Of a stretch of 64,000 bases of DNA, positions 1 through 10,351 are shown in pieces. The translations under genes and the position numbers were made by a program. The number at the start of each line of letters is the position of its first letter. The stretch's first letter is position 1. The stretch lies in NCBI RefSeq assembly GCF_009914755.1, contig NC_060932.1; one strand, given 5' to 3'. The stretch comes from the human T2T-CHM13v2.0 reference genome, Homo sapiens. Below the pieces are notes generated by a model. It was given only the letters and a program-made list of their open reading frames with translations, was not told the origin of the DNA and ran no database searches.

Positions 1-754
1 TTGCTTGAGGGGCGGGAGTGGGAGCCGGCAGGTAGTCTCTGGGGCTTGGGGCGCCCCCTAAGATGGAGCAAGAGGATCCACAGCTCCTGGAGGAATGGAG
101 TCCAGAGTCCCTGGCCCTGGATGACTTGTGAGCGTGGGTGGAGGGGTCCCAGGTAAGCAAGGCCATTCAGGGACTGCTGGGCCGCATGAGCCTGGAAGAA
201 GCTCATGGCTTGGGCTGGGCAGGACACCTGAGCCCTGACCCCTCACTCCTCAGCTCTAGGCATGTGACCACGTGGGTGCCAGCTCGCAGCCCTGGGAATG
301 ATGGCTCGCTGGCTGTTGGTGCCTGCTTGCCTGAAAGTCGCCGTGAATGCTGCACCTGTGGTCAGCGGGGTTTTTCTGCATGCACAGCCCTGTCCCCCAG
401 CCACGTCCTTTCCTGAACGCTGGGCCCCTCTGCCTTGTGGAACCCTGCATCCCTGGTAAGCCACGGCCCCTCTCTGAGCAGCACCCGAGAGCTGGGGGCT
501 GGGGGAAGGTTCCAGAATTGTGCCTGGTGCCTGGTAAGTATCAAGAATGCTGGCGGCCATGGTGATACCCACTGCTTCTCGGGCATCCGGACCCAGGGAG
601 GAAGTAACCCTGGCAGCACTCCCAGTTCCACCACCTTGCGGGGCACGCCTCTGACTCCTCTGGGCCGGTGCCCCCCACCCCAGCTGCTCCACATGGCCAC
701 AGCTGGGGTTGGTGAGGACAATACTGGCCTTGGATGACTCAGGCACTCACTCTA

Positions 755-815
755 TGACCTTGGCAAGCCCCTTTCTCCCTCTGAGCCTCAGTTTCTTCAT
801 TTGTAACATGGGGAT
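755..815. mobile_element. MIR SINE core fragment. Many similar fragments occur, e.g. near 6870, 9455, 11490, 16660, 18280, 24740, 26160, 34390, 35050, 38680.
   Basis: gaccttggcaag...ctctgagcctcagtttcttcatttgtaacatgggga, the MIR core signature. Confidence 0.75.
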
Positions 816-1919
816 ATAAAGTCCAGGACCCTAAACTGGGGTCAGGAGACTCTGCCTCGAGCTGAATCGGGGAGCCCCGGCCTTTTCCTCCTCCTCCCCC
901 TCCTGCTCCCAGCCACACAGGCCACGGTCACCCTGAGTGTGTAGGACTTCTCTGTAGCCAAAGGCCTGGCCTGAGGACCTGAGCCCATCTCGCCTGCTTC
1001 AGTGGCTATGGCCAGGTCTGATGGCAGGGCCTCAGAGCCGGAAGTGCCAGGGATGCCCCACACTCCTCTTCCTCACCACAGGCTCCCTTCCCCATTACCA
1101 GTCCTGAAAGGGCTGGGAGCTTGGACGCTCGGCAGAAGGCACGTGGGAGGAAATCCTGGAGTCCAGCTCTGAGGAGATGATCAGAGGCCCCAGCCAGAGA
1201 AAAGCTCCCTCCCTAGTGAAGGCATGGGGACTCATAGTGAGCTGGGCCAGAGCAGCTGGTCACGTCCTCTCTGCCCCCGGGGGGGAGGAAAATGGCTGTT
1301 TGCATGGGGAGATGGTGGCCACAACCCGGCATGCCTGGGTTCACTGCTGCGTGACTTTGTTCTTGGTTTTCTTATCCATAGGATGGGGCTGTGAACACTG
1401 CCTCTACCTGGGGCAGCAGGTGAGCCATTCTGAGGCCATTCCTAGAGTGGGGGCTTTGGGATGATCGTGCACTCTCTGTGGAAGGAGGTGCAAGGGCACT
1501 GGAGGAGGTGGGGCTGGTTTTCATTCTGACCCTGCCATTTCCCAGCTGTGGTCCCTGTGTGTGTCACTTGACCCCTCCAGCACCAAGAAATGGATGAAAA
1601 GTAGCGTCTCCTTTGTGGGTTGTTGTGGGTTCAAGTGTCAACCTAGATATCACAGTGCTTGCTCACAGCAGAGCGGCCTGTGGGTGTCTGCCGTTTTATC
1701 GTGCAATTCACGGAGGCCTCAGGTGGGGGGGTCTTGCAGAGACATGCACCCCCCCCCACCTCCATTAATGCAACACGAATGCTCCCTGGCCTTTTCTTTC
1801 TGTCCTTGTCCTTCCTCCTGTGTGTGTGTTGGAGGGAGCATTGTTGTTGTTAGCTCTCTCGGGAATTCAGGTTGTTTCTTAACTCTCTTGGGAATTCCCA
1901 GCACCTAAATAATCTTTGT

Positions 1920-2298
1920 CCTTTTTTCTTTTTTCTTTTTCATCTCATCCTTCTAATCAATGGAATCCACTGTGCCCTTTTTTCTGAGGAACTCCTTCTG
2001 GAGACAAACTGGCCAAAGTGAGGAGCAGCTCCCGGCTACCCCTGTGAGTTTTCAGTGGACGTGCTATACCCCAGGAACAGCAAATCACCGGCATTCAGGC
2101 CACCACATCCCATCGGAGCCAGTGGCAGACATTGCTAATCAACCACAGCACAGTGGCCTTAGACGCTCAATGCGGTGCTCTGGGTAGCCATCACCAATCA
2201 ATCGAGATGGAACCGATTGCCACCCCTGGCATGGTGGGTGTCCACGCTGGCATGCCCAGATGAGTCCTGACCTTCGGCCCCTGGCAGAGCCCTGCTGA
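1920..2298 (-). other. GPR20: GPR20 3'UTR (3' end approximate)
   Basis: Lies downstream of the stop codon and runs into an A-rich tract (minus strand) at about 1915-1940. No canonical AATAAA seen. Confidence 0.5.
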
Positions 2299-3375
2299 CT
2301 AAGCCTCGGGCCCATTAGCCAGGGCCTGGGTGAGGGCGTGAGGGCCGGCACTGAGGATGTGATGACGGCCTGAGCCCTTGGAGCTCCTGTGCATGCTGAC
2401 CACGTCACCGCTGCTGGGCTCACGCTCTCCGTGCTGGCCGAAGAGGCCTCGGACGGTGGCCTGGAAGCCACTGGTGACGAAGCAGTAGACGATGGGGTCC
2501 ATGCAGCTGTTGAGGCTGCTGAGGGTCACGGCCACGTGGTAGACCACGAGGCTCGTGTGGTGTGGCATGTCGGGCCACAGCGCCACGGCCACTTGGCGGG
2601 CGTGGAAGGGCGTGAAGCAGACGAGAAAGATGATGAGCACCGTGAGCAGGAGCTGCATGGCCCGCACGCGGCGCTGGCGACCCTGGCGGAGCAGACCCGG
2701 CCGCGACAGTGCACACATGATGCGGCCGGTAAACACGCTGATGACCAGCAGAGGCAGCAGGAACTCCAGGACAGTCAGCGCAAAGACACGGCAGCAGGGC
2801 CGGCTGCCTGTCACGCCCAGCACCGACAGGGTGACGGCACCGGCGGCCAGCCACACGAAGGCGCACACGGCCCTGGCACAGGCAGGCTGGCGGCAGCGGC
2901 GGGAGCCTTCAGGCCGCACGATGGCCAGGTAGCGGTCCACGCAGATGCAGGTGAGGAAGAGGATGGAGCAGTGCATGTTGAGGAAGTAACCGAGGACGTG
3001 CGGGAAGGCACAGCGCAGGCAGCCCCTGGCGCCGTAGTACACAGCGAAGCGCGTGGGCAGGGACAGCCCTACCAGTAGATCGGTCACCACCAGGTTGATG
3101 GTGTAGATGACTGAGGGTGTCTTGGCCCGGGTGCGGCAGCAGAAGACGTACAGCGCCAGCCCGTTGAGCACCAGCCCTGCCAGGAAGATGGCTCCGTGCA
3201 CCGCCATCAGCGCCAGCCACAGGCCTGGGAAGGTGCCATGCAGCTCCTCGTCCAGCCGGGCAAACAGGTGGAACAGGGGCACCTCCAGCCCGCTGGCATT
3301 GGTCCGCACTGTTGTCACTGCGGTGGCATTGGGGACTGCCCCGGCCGAGGGCCCCGCTGGAGACACAGAGGGCAT
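2299..3375 (-). CDS. GPR20: G protein-coupled receptor 20, orphan class A GPCR, 358 aa, CDS in a single exon
   Basis: ATG at 3375-3373 (gccgtcATG) to TAG at 2301-2299. The protein [20 protein letters not shown]...ANGPEA has seven hydrophobic segments, N1.50 (VLNG), D2.50 (VTDL), DRY, CFTP and DPIVY motifs, and N-glycosylation sequons N16 and N26. It matches the human GPR20 sequence as I recall it. Confidence 0.98.
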   Translation of the reverse strand: MPSVSPAGPSAGAVPNATAVTTVRTNASGLEVPLFHLFARLDEELHGTFPGLWLALMAVHGAIFLAGLVLNGLALYVFCCRTRAKTPSVIYTINLVVTDLLVGLSLPTRFAVYYGARGCLRCAFPHVLGYFLNMHCSILFLTCICVDRYLAIVRPEGSRRCRQPACARAVCAFVWLAAGAVTLSVLGVTGSRPCCRVFALTVLEFLLPLLVISVFTGRIMCALSRPGLLRQGRQRRVRAMQLLLTVLIIFLVCFTPFHARQVAVALWPDMPHHTSLVVYHVAVTLSSLNSCMDPIVYCFVTSGFQATVRGLFGQHGEREPSSGDVVSMHRSSKGSGRHHILSAGPHALTQALANGPEA

Positions 3376-3401
3376 GACGGCAGCCAGCACACCCCAGGCC
3401 T
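3376..3401 (-). other. GPR20: GPR20 exon 2 splice acceptor and 24-nt 5'UTR segment
   Basis: The minus strand reads tctccttgcttccAG|GCCTGGGGTGTGCTGGCTGCCGTC-ATG. AG is at 3401-3400 and the exon starts at 3399. Confidence 0.88.
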
Positions 3402-4309
3402 GGAAGCAAGGAGACCAGGTCACCCCAGGCGCCAGCCTGGCCTTAAGCCCTGCCCTGAGGCCCAGAACTCAGCTGGCCCGTCTGCCCCTGCACGCCCAGC
3501 AGCCCCCATCTCCATGCCCTCGCCTGGCTGGGGCCTCAAATGCCTGCTCCCTTGGCTCTACCCAGAGGGAGCCTCGGACATCAGCAGAAAAGGCACAGGC
3601 TTTCAGAGTCAGACGCGTGTTCAAATTCCAGGACTGGCACTTGCCAGCGTGGAGACTCGACAAAATACGGAGGTTTCTGCGACCGTCCTGGCACGAGGGG
3701 GAGGCGGAAACACGTGCGGTGCAGGGCTGTCCTCGGGATGGAGAGCTGATAAGGGCAAGACCACGGGGCTCCAGTGTGCAGTTCCAGGGCCTGGCTCCAG
3801 CCCCAGCTGTGCCACTGACTAGTGTGCTTGCTCGGGTAGGCCACTTAACCTCTCTACCTGCTTCCTAATCCATGTCACTGGGATCGCGTTGCTGCTGGGG
3901 TGACTAAGCAAGCGGGTCAGCACGGCAGCGCCAGCAGAGTTGGTGGCTGATGACCCAGTTCTGCTGGGACAGAGCCTTGTTCATGGTGGGGACCTCTGAC
4001 TGCCCTGCCCACTCCCCTGTCCCCACACCCACCGTCATGGCCCCCATCCTCCGGGACCACCCATCTGTTCTCCCCTCCTCCTAGGCCAGCATCAGGTCAA
4101 TGCCCTGGATGGGGGTCCTCATGAGGGACCTTTACAAAGGGAATTAGGCTGTCCAGTGGGGCTGCATGGGAGCCAAGGACCAGTCTCACTGGGCACCCCA
4201 GGCTCCTACTGGCCCTGAGAGGCGGGCACCCCTATGATCCCCCCAAACTACAGAAAAGGAGACAGAGGCCCCTGTGGGGTGGCTGGTTGGGGCTGAAGCC
4301 TGGAGCCAG

Positions 4310-4675
4310 AGTGTGAGTCAAATAAACACCGAGCTCCCGTCTGGCCTGGGCAGGGGGGCCAGGGTGGGGGGCGGGCGAGGGGCTGTGCCGGAGCCACCCA
4401 CTCTGTTTATGTTCCTGCCCTGGCGTGTTTAACTCGGCAGTGATTTATCCCTCTATTTATAAATGAAGGGTTAACGGCCCTACCCCCACCCTACAGCTGG
4501 GCTGACCCTCCAAATAAGGGCATTTCTGGCTTTTTCAGGAGAAAGGAGAAGTCTTTGGGGCCAGCAGGGTGGGGAGGCTCGTGGGCCGTTTCTTCTGCAC
4601 AGCGCCCCTCCCCCACCTGCTGGAGAAGGGAGGACACTTACCCCTTCCCCTCCTGGTGGCCCCTGCTGTAAACAG
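4310..4675. promoter_or_regulatory. Candidate intronic enhancer (AP-1, FOX, MEF2, SRF)
   Basis: TGAGTCA 4314-4320, ATAAACA 4322-4328, TGTTTAT 4404-4410, CTATTTATAA 4453-4462, CCAAATAAGG 4510-4519, GTAAACA 4668-4674. Confidence 0.6.
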
Positions 4676-5687
4676 GCTGTGCCCCGCCACTCCCTCTGAC
4701 CAGTGCGTGGCCCCATCCCACCCCTGGGGAACAATGAGCCCTGCCTTCAAACAGCCCCTGGCCTGGCTCAGGGCAGCAAAAGAACTCTTGCTTTCAGAGG
4801 GCCAGGTCCCTCCAGTCGGCGGCCACCTTCTTCCTCAGAGTCAGAGAGGTCAGTGCCTGCATGAGGTCACCCAGCATGCCCTCTGCCTCTGGGACCCCAG
4901 CCCTGGGTGCGTGCTACCCTGGAGGCTGCTGGGAGGAGTCAAGTGCTGCCCAGGCCTGTGCCCAGCCCCTCCTGCCACCCCCACCACACAAGGGCCCAGG
5001 CTCAGCTCCCAGCTCCCCCCGACTGCAAGCAAGCTCTCTATCTCCAGGCCCTGACACGCGGGCATTGATGGGTGCATTTGTTGGATGAATAGGTCTGTCC
5101 TCCCTCAGCCCAGGTGGGCCACCAGAGACGGGATTTGGGGGCACAGCAGGCAGCCAGGGGAGGAGAGGAGGCTGGGCACATGGGGGCTGGGAACCTGGCG
5201 TCTCAGGGCTGTGGGCTTCAGGAGCCCCAGAAGGTCCCCCCGAAAGAGATGCGTCCCTCCCCTGCTGTGGATGAAACGCTCTCAGAAAAGGTCGAGGCGG
5301 CTTTGCAGCTGGACTGAGGGACTGCATGGCCAAAAAAGTATTTTGGGATTCCTTTCTATGTGCCTTTTGCTTTTCCAATTTGTCTGCACGGGGCCTATAT
5401 TAGTGTCCCAATCAGAGACAAATCATAAACAACACAGAACGTTTCCTGTGGGAGTGAGTCCCAGGGTGATGCTGGCCCCTGGGAATTCTGCTGTCCCAGA
5501 AAACTCCCCAGGGCCAGCCCAGCAGGCTCACCAGCAACGCTGCGGTGCTGGGGTCCTGGCTAGGGATGTGGGGGCTCTGCGGTCTCTGGAGCTGGGGGGA
5601 TGGGCAGAATGTGCTGGACACCCCAGAGGCCAGACCGGAGAGGAGAGGGAGCTAGCAAAGCATGCTCTGATTCCCCGCACTAAGGGT

Positions 5688-5885
5688 CTGACCCTGATCT
5701 CAAACAAAGCTGAACCCTCATCTTGGTCACACACTGAGCCATGATCCCAGTAATGTGATGAACCTCGATCCCTGTCCCACTCTGAGCCCTGACCCTGGTC
5801 ACACACTGACCCCAATCCTAATAGCACAATGGGCGTTGATTCCTGTGGCGCTCTGAGCCCTGATCCCAGCCACGACCTGGGCCCT
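5688..5885. repeat. Degenerate ~24-bp minisatellite
   Basis: Recurrent tgatcctggtcacacactgagccc-like units. Confidence 0.6.
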
Positions 5886-8226
5886 CAGCCCGGACCTTCT
5901 GTCCCTGTCTCTGCCCTCCTCTCCCAGCTTCGTCTGGCTGTCTCTGTCTCCATATTGTCAACCCCCACCTGCCTCCCACAGCGACGGATGTCCCGATTCG
6001 ATTATTACGGGGCCTCTCTGGGGCTCCCACTCACCACCCTCTTTGTTCAGAAGGAGGAGGAATGCAAGCGGGGACTCTAGACCCTGCAGGGGCCCATGGA
6101 AGTGGCTCCCTGGCGAGTGCCTGGGGAAAGGAGAAGGTTCCGCCCCTCCTGGGACAGCCTGGCTCTGCCTGTGGGAGAGGCACAGACTCTGCTCTCCGGA
6201 GGGCCCGGGTGATGAGCAGTCACCAGCACAGAGACCCGGGTTTGAGTCCAGCCCTGCCACTCCCTCAGCTGAGACCTGGGCCTGGTCAGTAGGCTGGCCG
6301 TCCTCATCTGCTGAATGGGGTCACTCGTGCCTTCCACAGCTCTGCCTCGCCCTGGTAGCCTGGACTGAGGGGAGAGGCATGGTTTTACCCTCAGAGCCGG
6401 CCGGAGAGGGGAGGCAGGGCCCTGTCCCCAAGCCTAGTTTCCCTAAGCCAAACCTGGGTGTGGGGGAGATGGTCCTGTCTCCTCCCTCTTTCCTGGCAGG
6501 CACCCTGGGTCTGTCTGAGACAGCAGACTCCATGGCGGGGGCCAACTGGCCAGAGTCTCATGGGCAGGGACTGGCACCGTGTCCTGATCGTGCTGACATG
6601 GTGTTGGGGCTCAGGGCCTGGAGGCTGTGCCAGGGCTGGGAGGTTTCTCTTTTCCACTGGCCCAGGCCAGCTCTGCTCCCCACCCACACACAGGTACTTC
6701 CTTGGGGACAGAACAGAGGGAACGAGGGCCTGCTCTCCAGGGCTGAGAGTCAGTGAGTGGAGACCCAGCAGGGTAGGGACCTGGAGTGTGGCCATGGAGC
6801 CCTGGCTCTGGCCTGGATGGCCCTGCCAAAGCCTGGCTCCATCTCTGAACGGACTATGTGGCCTTACAGTCTCTGAGCCTCAGTTTCCTCATCTGTAGAG
6901 TGGGCAAAATAGAATCTCCCCTGGGGGTTCTTGTCCTGATGTGCCAGCCCAGAGTAGGGGCTCAGACACAGGAAGTGATGAAAGTATGGGACAAGCTGCC
7001 AGCGGGGGACCCAGAGGGCGAGGGGGCGAGCTCTGCTCCAACCTGGGTGTGCAGCCTAGACCAGGTCCAGCTCCCACACTACTCACTGCCCCCGCCAGCC
7101 TGGAGGGAGGGCTCTGACCTGGGTGGGTCCTCTCTGAGCCTCAGTGTCTCCTCCTGTGAAGTGGGAATGGCCGGACACGCTGCCCTGCATGGCTGTCTTG
7201 GGCCTTGGCTGAACAGAGCACCTGCTGCAGGTGTGGCGGGGCAGGGGCAGGTGTGCTGCGGCATCTCTTTCTTTTCTGTTTCTGGCCCACCCTTCCGGGT
7301 GGGCAGACCCCCAGAGCCCCCACCCCTCCAGGTGGGCACACCTCCCAGAGCCCCGGCCTTTCAAGGCTTCGCTGAGCTCCTCCAGGGGAGGGGGCAGAGG
7401 GTGAAGGAGGATGTCCCTCATGCCCTCCCCGTAGGTATCACATCACAAAACAGCCGTCCTAGGCGGGGCTGCCGCTGGGTTGGGGGTTCTCCCTGGGAGG
7501 GGCCTGAGGCCTGGACTGCTGGGCAGGGCTGGGGATGTGCCTCTCCAGTCACTGCACCTGACTGATGCTTCTGCAGGCGAAACTACTAGCGGGGCCTAAA
7601 CACTCCATGCGCCCTCCAGGCCCAACCCCAAGCTGTTCCTGCTCTCTCCCTTTCGGCTTATTCATGCCCATTTTTAGGACTTCCCCCTGGACTTGCCTCC
7701 TTAAGGAAGCCTTCTTCCTCCCTGGGCTGCCTCTCTCTGGTGCATCCTCCCAGGGCACCCTGCGCTTCCTCAATCCCAGGGTTCATCCCACGGCGCTGCT
7801 ATGTGCTGCAGGCTTCCCTGTTGGACTCTGAGCATCTTGAGGCGGGGCTGTGGGTGGGGGCTGAGCTCCCATCTGTTCCACCAGCCCAGCACCCAGATTG
7901 GCCTGGCAGAGAGCAGCACCCGTCTTCCCCCTTGTCTGAATGAACGCCCTGAGCAAGCCTCATCAGGGCTGGCAAGGTGTGGCCTGGTTTCTCAACCTGG
8001 CATTCAGGGTGAATGCCACCTGGCCTGGCCCCCTCTGAAACCTGCCTACCCAGTGTCTTGGTACTGGTCTGGAATTGGCTTCCACCCCCAGCCCCATCGT
8101 CACTACCCATGAGTCCTCCCAGCCGAGCAAGGCTGACACCTCCTCCCGGAAGCCCGTCCTAATCACTCTGACCATTGTGTCCACACTTACATTCCTTCCC
8201 ACCCTCTATCTCCCATCACCACTCTT

Positions 8227-8504
8227 TCTTTCTTTCTTTTTTTTTTTTGAGACGGAGTGCTGTGGCGAAATGTCGGCTCACTGCAACCTCCACTTCCTGG
8301 GTTCAAGTGAGTCTCATGCCTCAGCCTCTGGAGTAGCTGGGATTACAGGTGCCCGTGCCACACCTGGGTAATTTTTGTATTTTTGGTACAGATGGGGTTT
8401 CACCATGTTGGCCAAGGTAGTCTCAAACTCCTGGCCTCAAGTGGTTTGCCCACCTTGGCCTCCCAAACTACTGGGATTACAGGCGTGAGCTACTGCGCCC
8501 GGCC
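8227..8504 (-). mobile_element. Alu (S-like) with a short internal deletion near the tail
   Basis: T-rich tail and Alu body, with a 14-bp TSD ccatcaccactctt at 8213-8226 and 8505-8518. Confidence 0.95.
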
Positions 8505-10151
8505 CCATCACCACTCTTGATAGCAATGGTCTTTGGTTTGCAGGCCAGCTCTACCACCCGCCACCTTCGAGGCCTCGGGCAAATCATTTCATCACTGGGA
8601 GCCTCAGTTCCCTCACCTGGGACTTTGGGAACCATATTTGTTGAATGAATGAATGAAATCAGGCAGGGTGGCTGGACTAAGTGAGAAATACTGCAGACAC
8701 CCCCAACATGGGAGGCGTGCGATATAAGAGCACGGGAGGCTCCTGGTTTTGGCACCTGGATGGGGCCCTGTGTGGACCAGCCCGCTCACACGTGGGGAGA
8801 GGCCAGGGCCAACACGTGTGCTCAGTGCAGGACTTCTCAGAGCCTTTGTGAAACTCACGGTCCTGGGAACTTCCAAGGGGTGGGAGCGAGCATCGAGCAT
8901 GGAAGCTATTTGACCCTGTCCCCTCCCTGGGGGTTCCTGCTCCATCCATCCCAATGGCCACACCACTAGTCCATGCCCAGAGCACTGATGGGGGCTGCTG
9001 CCTCCCTGCCCTCACCCACAGCTTGTTGAATTTCTGCTGGGCACCCGGCCATGGAAGGCCAGACCCCTGGGCTTGGGGTGCTGGCACCTGCCCAGAGGCC
9101 TCCAGCGGGGCACCAGGGTCATGCCGGCCTCCGTCCTTGGCCGGTGGGTGGGGAGGGCTATGTCCTCTCTTCCCTGGGCTCCTCTCAAACCCACCCCACC
9201 AACCTGGGAGTTCTCTCTTGGCTGCCCAGCAGCCTGTCTGCCTCTGTCCTGCCACATGTGAGACCAGGCAGCAGAGTGGCCCCGGCCCCAGGGCAGCAGA
9301 TGGCCCAGGGTGGCTGTTGAGCCTGCCTGGGGGTCTGGCTCAGGACCCTGTGTGCTGTCTGTGGACGTGTGGAGGACGGGCCCAGCCTTTTCCCCACAGA
9401 GGGGCTCTGAGCACCTGCTAAGGGCGCTTTGCATCCACACAGCAATCCCAGGTTTTACAGATGAGGAACCGGAGGCCCAGAGGGGTGAGTGGTGTCCTCA
9501 CGGTTACCCAGCATGGAGCTGGTGGGGCTGGGAATCAGACCCAGGTCCACTGGCAGGACCCGGCACAGGCCGGAGTGGAGCAGAGTGCGGGCTGGGGAGC
9601 AGAGGGGCTGGATTAGGCATCTCTGGACCGGGAGTTTGTGCACAAGGGGATTCTCCGGGCCCTGAGGCCGCATGTGTGACCACGGGTCTGTGTGTGCTTG
9701 AGCCTGCACCCCAGACGGCGTGGCCCTCATGGCCTTCCAGGGCTAAAATAGCCATGATTCGGGGAACTGTCTGCCTGTTTATTTTTATGATTATTCTTGG
9801 TTTCACAGCATCTGCTTTTGAATATCATCTGCTGTTTTTGATAAGTCTGAGCCTCCGTTTCTTCCACCAAGAGGCAGGTGGGTGCTTGCTGAGCTCTCCA
9901 AATGGGGTCAGACTCACCCCAGGTCACCTAGCAAGTCCCAGGTGACCCTGGCCAGAAGCCAAGTCTTTCTCCCTGTCCCCCACGCCCACAGGCCAGGGCT
10001 CCCTCCACCCCAGTGCAGAGAGAGACGTCACTGGTGGGCACAGACTGAGCTCTGTGGGGAAGGACACCTGGGCCCCATCTGACCCGACTCTGCCTCAGTT
10101 CCACCAGCTAAGAGCCCTCTTGCTGAGACTGCGGCTCTAACGGAAACACCA

Positions 10152-10351
10152 GTGTCTCTGGGAGGGGCATAGCCAGTTGGAGGTCCTGCATGTCACCTGC
10201 CAGCCCCTCCCTGCCTCCCCATCATTGGGTTCATTGCTCACCTCTAGCTGGGTGTCTCTGGGAGGGGCATGGCCAGTTGGAGGTCCTGCGTGTCACCCAC
10301 CAGCCCCTCCTTTCCTCCCCATCACCGAGTTCATTGCTCACCTCTAGCTGG
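10152..10351. repeat. Tandem duplication, 2 x 100 bp
   Basis: gtgtctctgggaggggcat...gctcacctctagctgg starts at both 10152 and 10252. Confidence 0.9.

Noticed and set aside
3376-3423. 16-aa N-terminal extension of GPR20 in the ORF track (374 aa)
   Set aside because: It starts at a GTG inside the intron, upstream of the splice acceptor at 3401-3400. The real start is the ATG at 3375.
2389-3868. Long antisense and alternate-frame ORFs over GPR20
   Set aside because: Expected shadows of a GC-rich, codon-biased CDS, with no recognisable protein features.
3917-3932. REST/RE1-like TCAGCACGGCAGCGCC
   Set aside because: Both half-sites are truncated and the spacer is missing, so the match is too weak.
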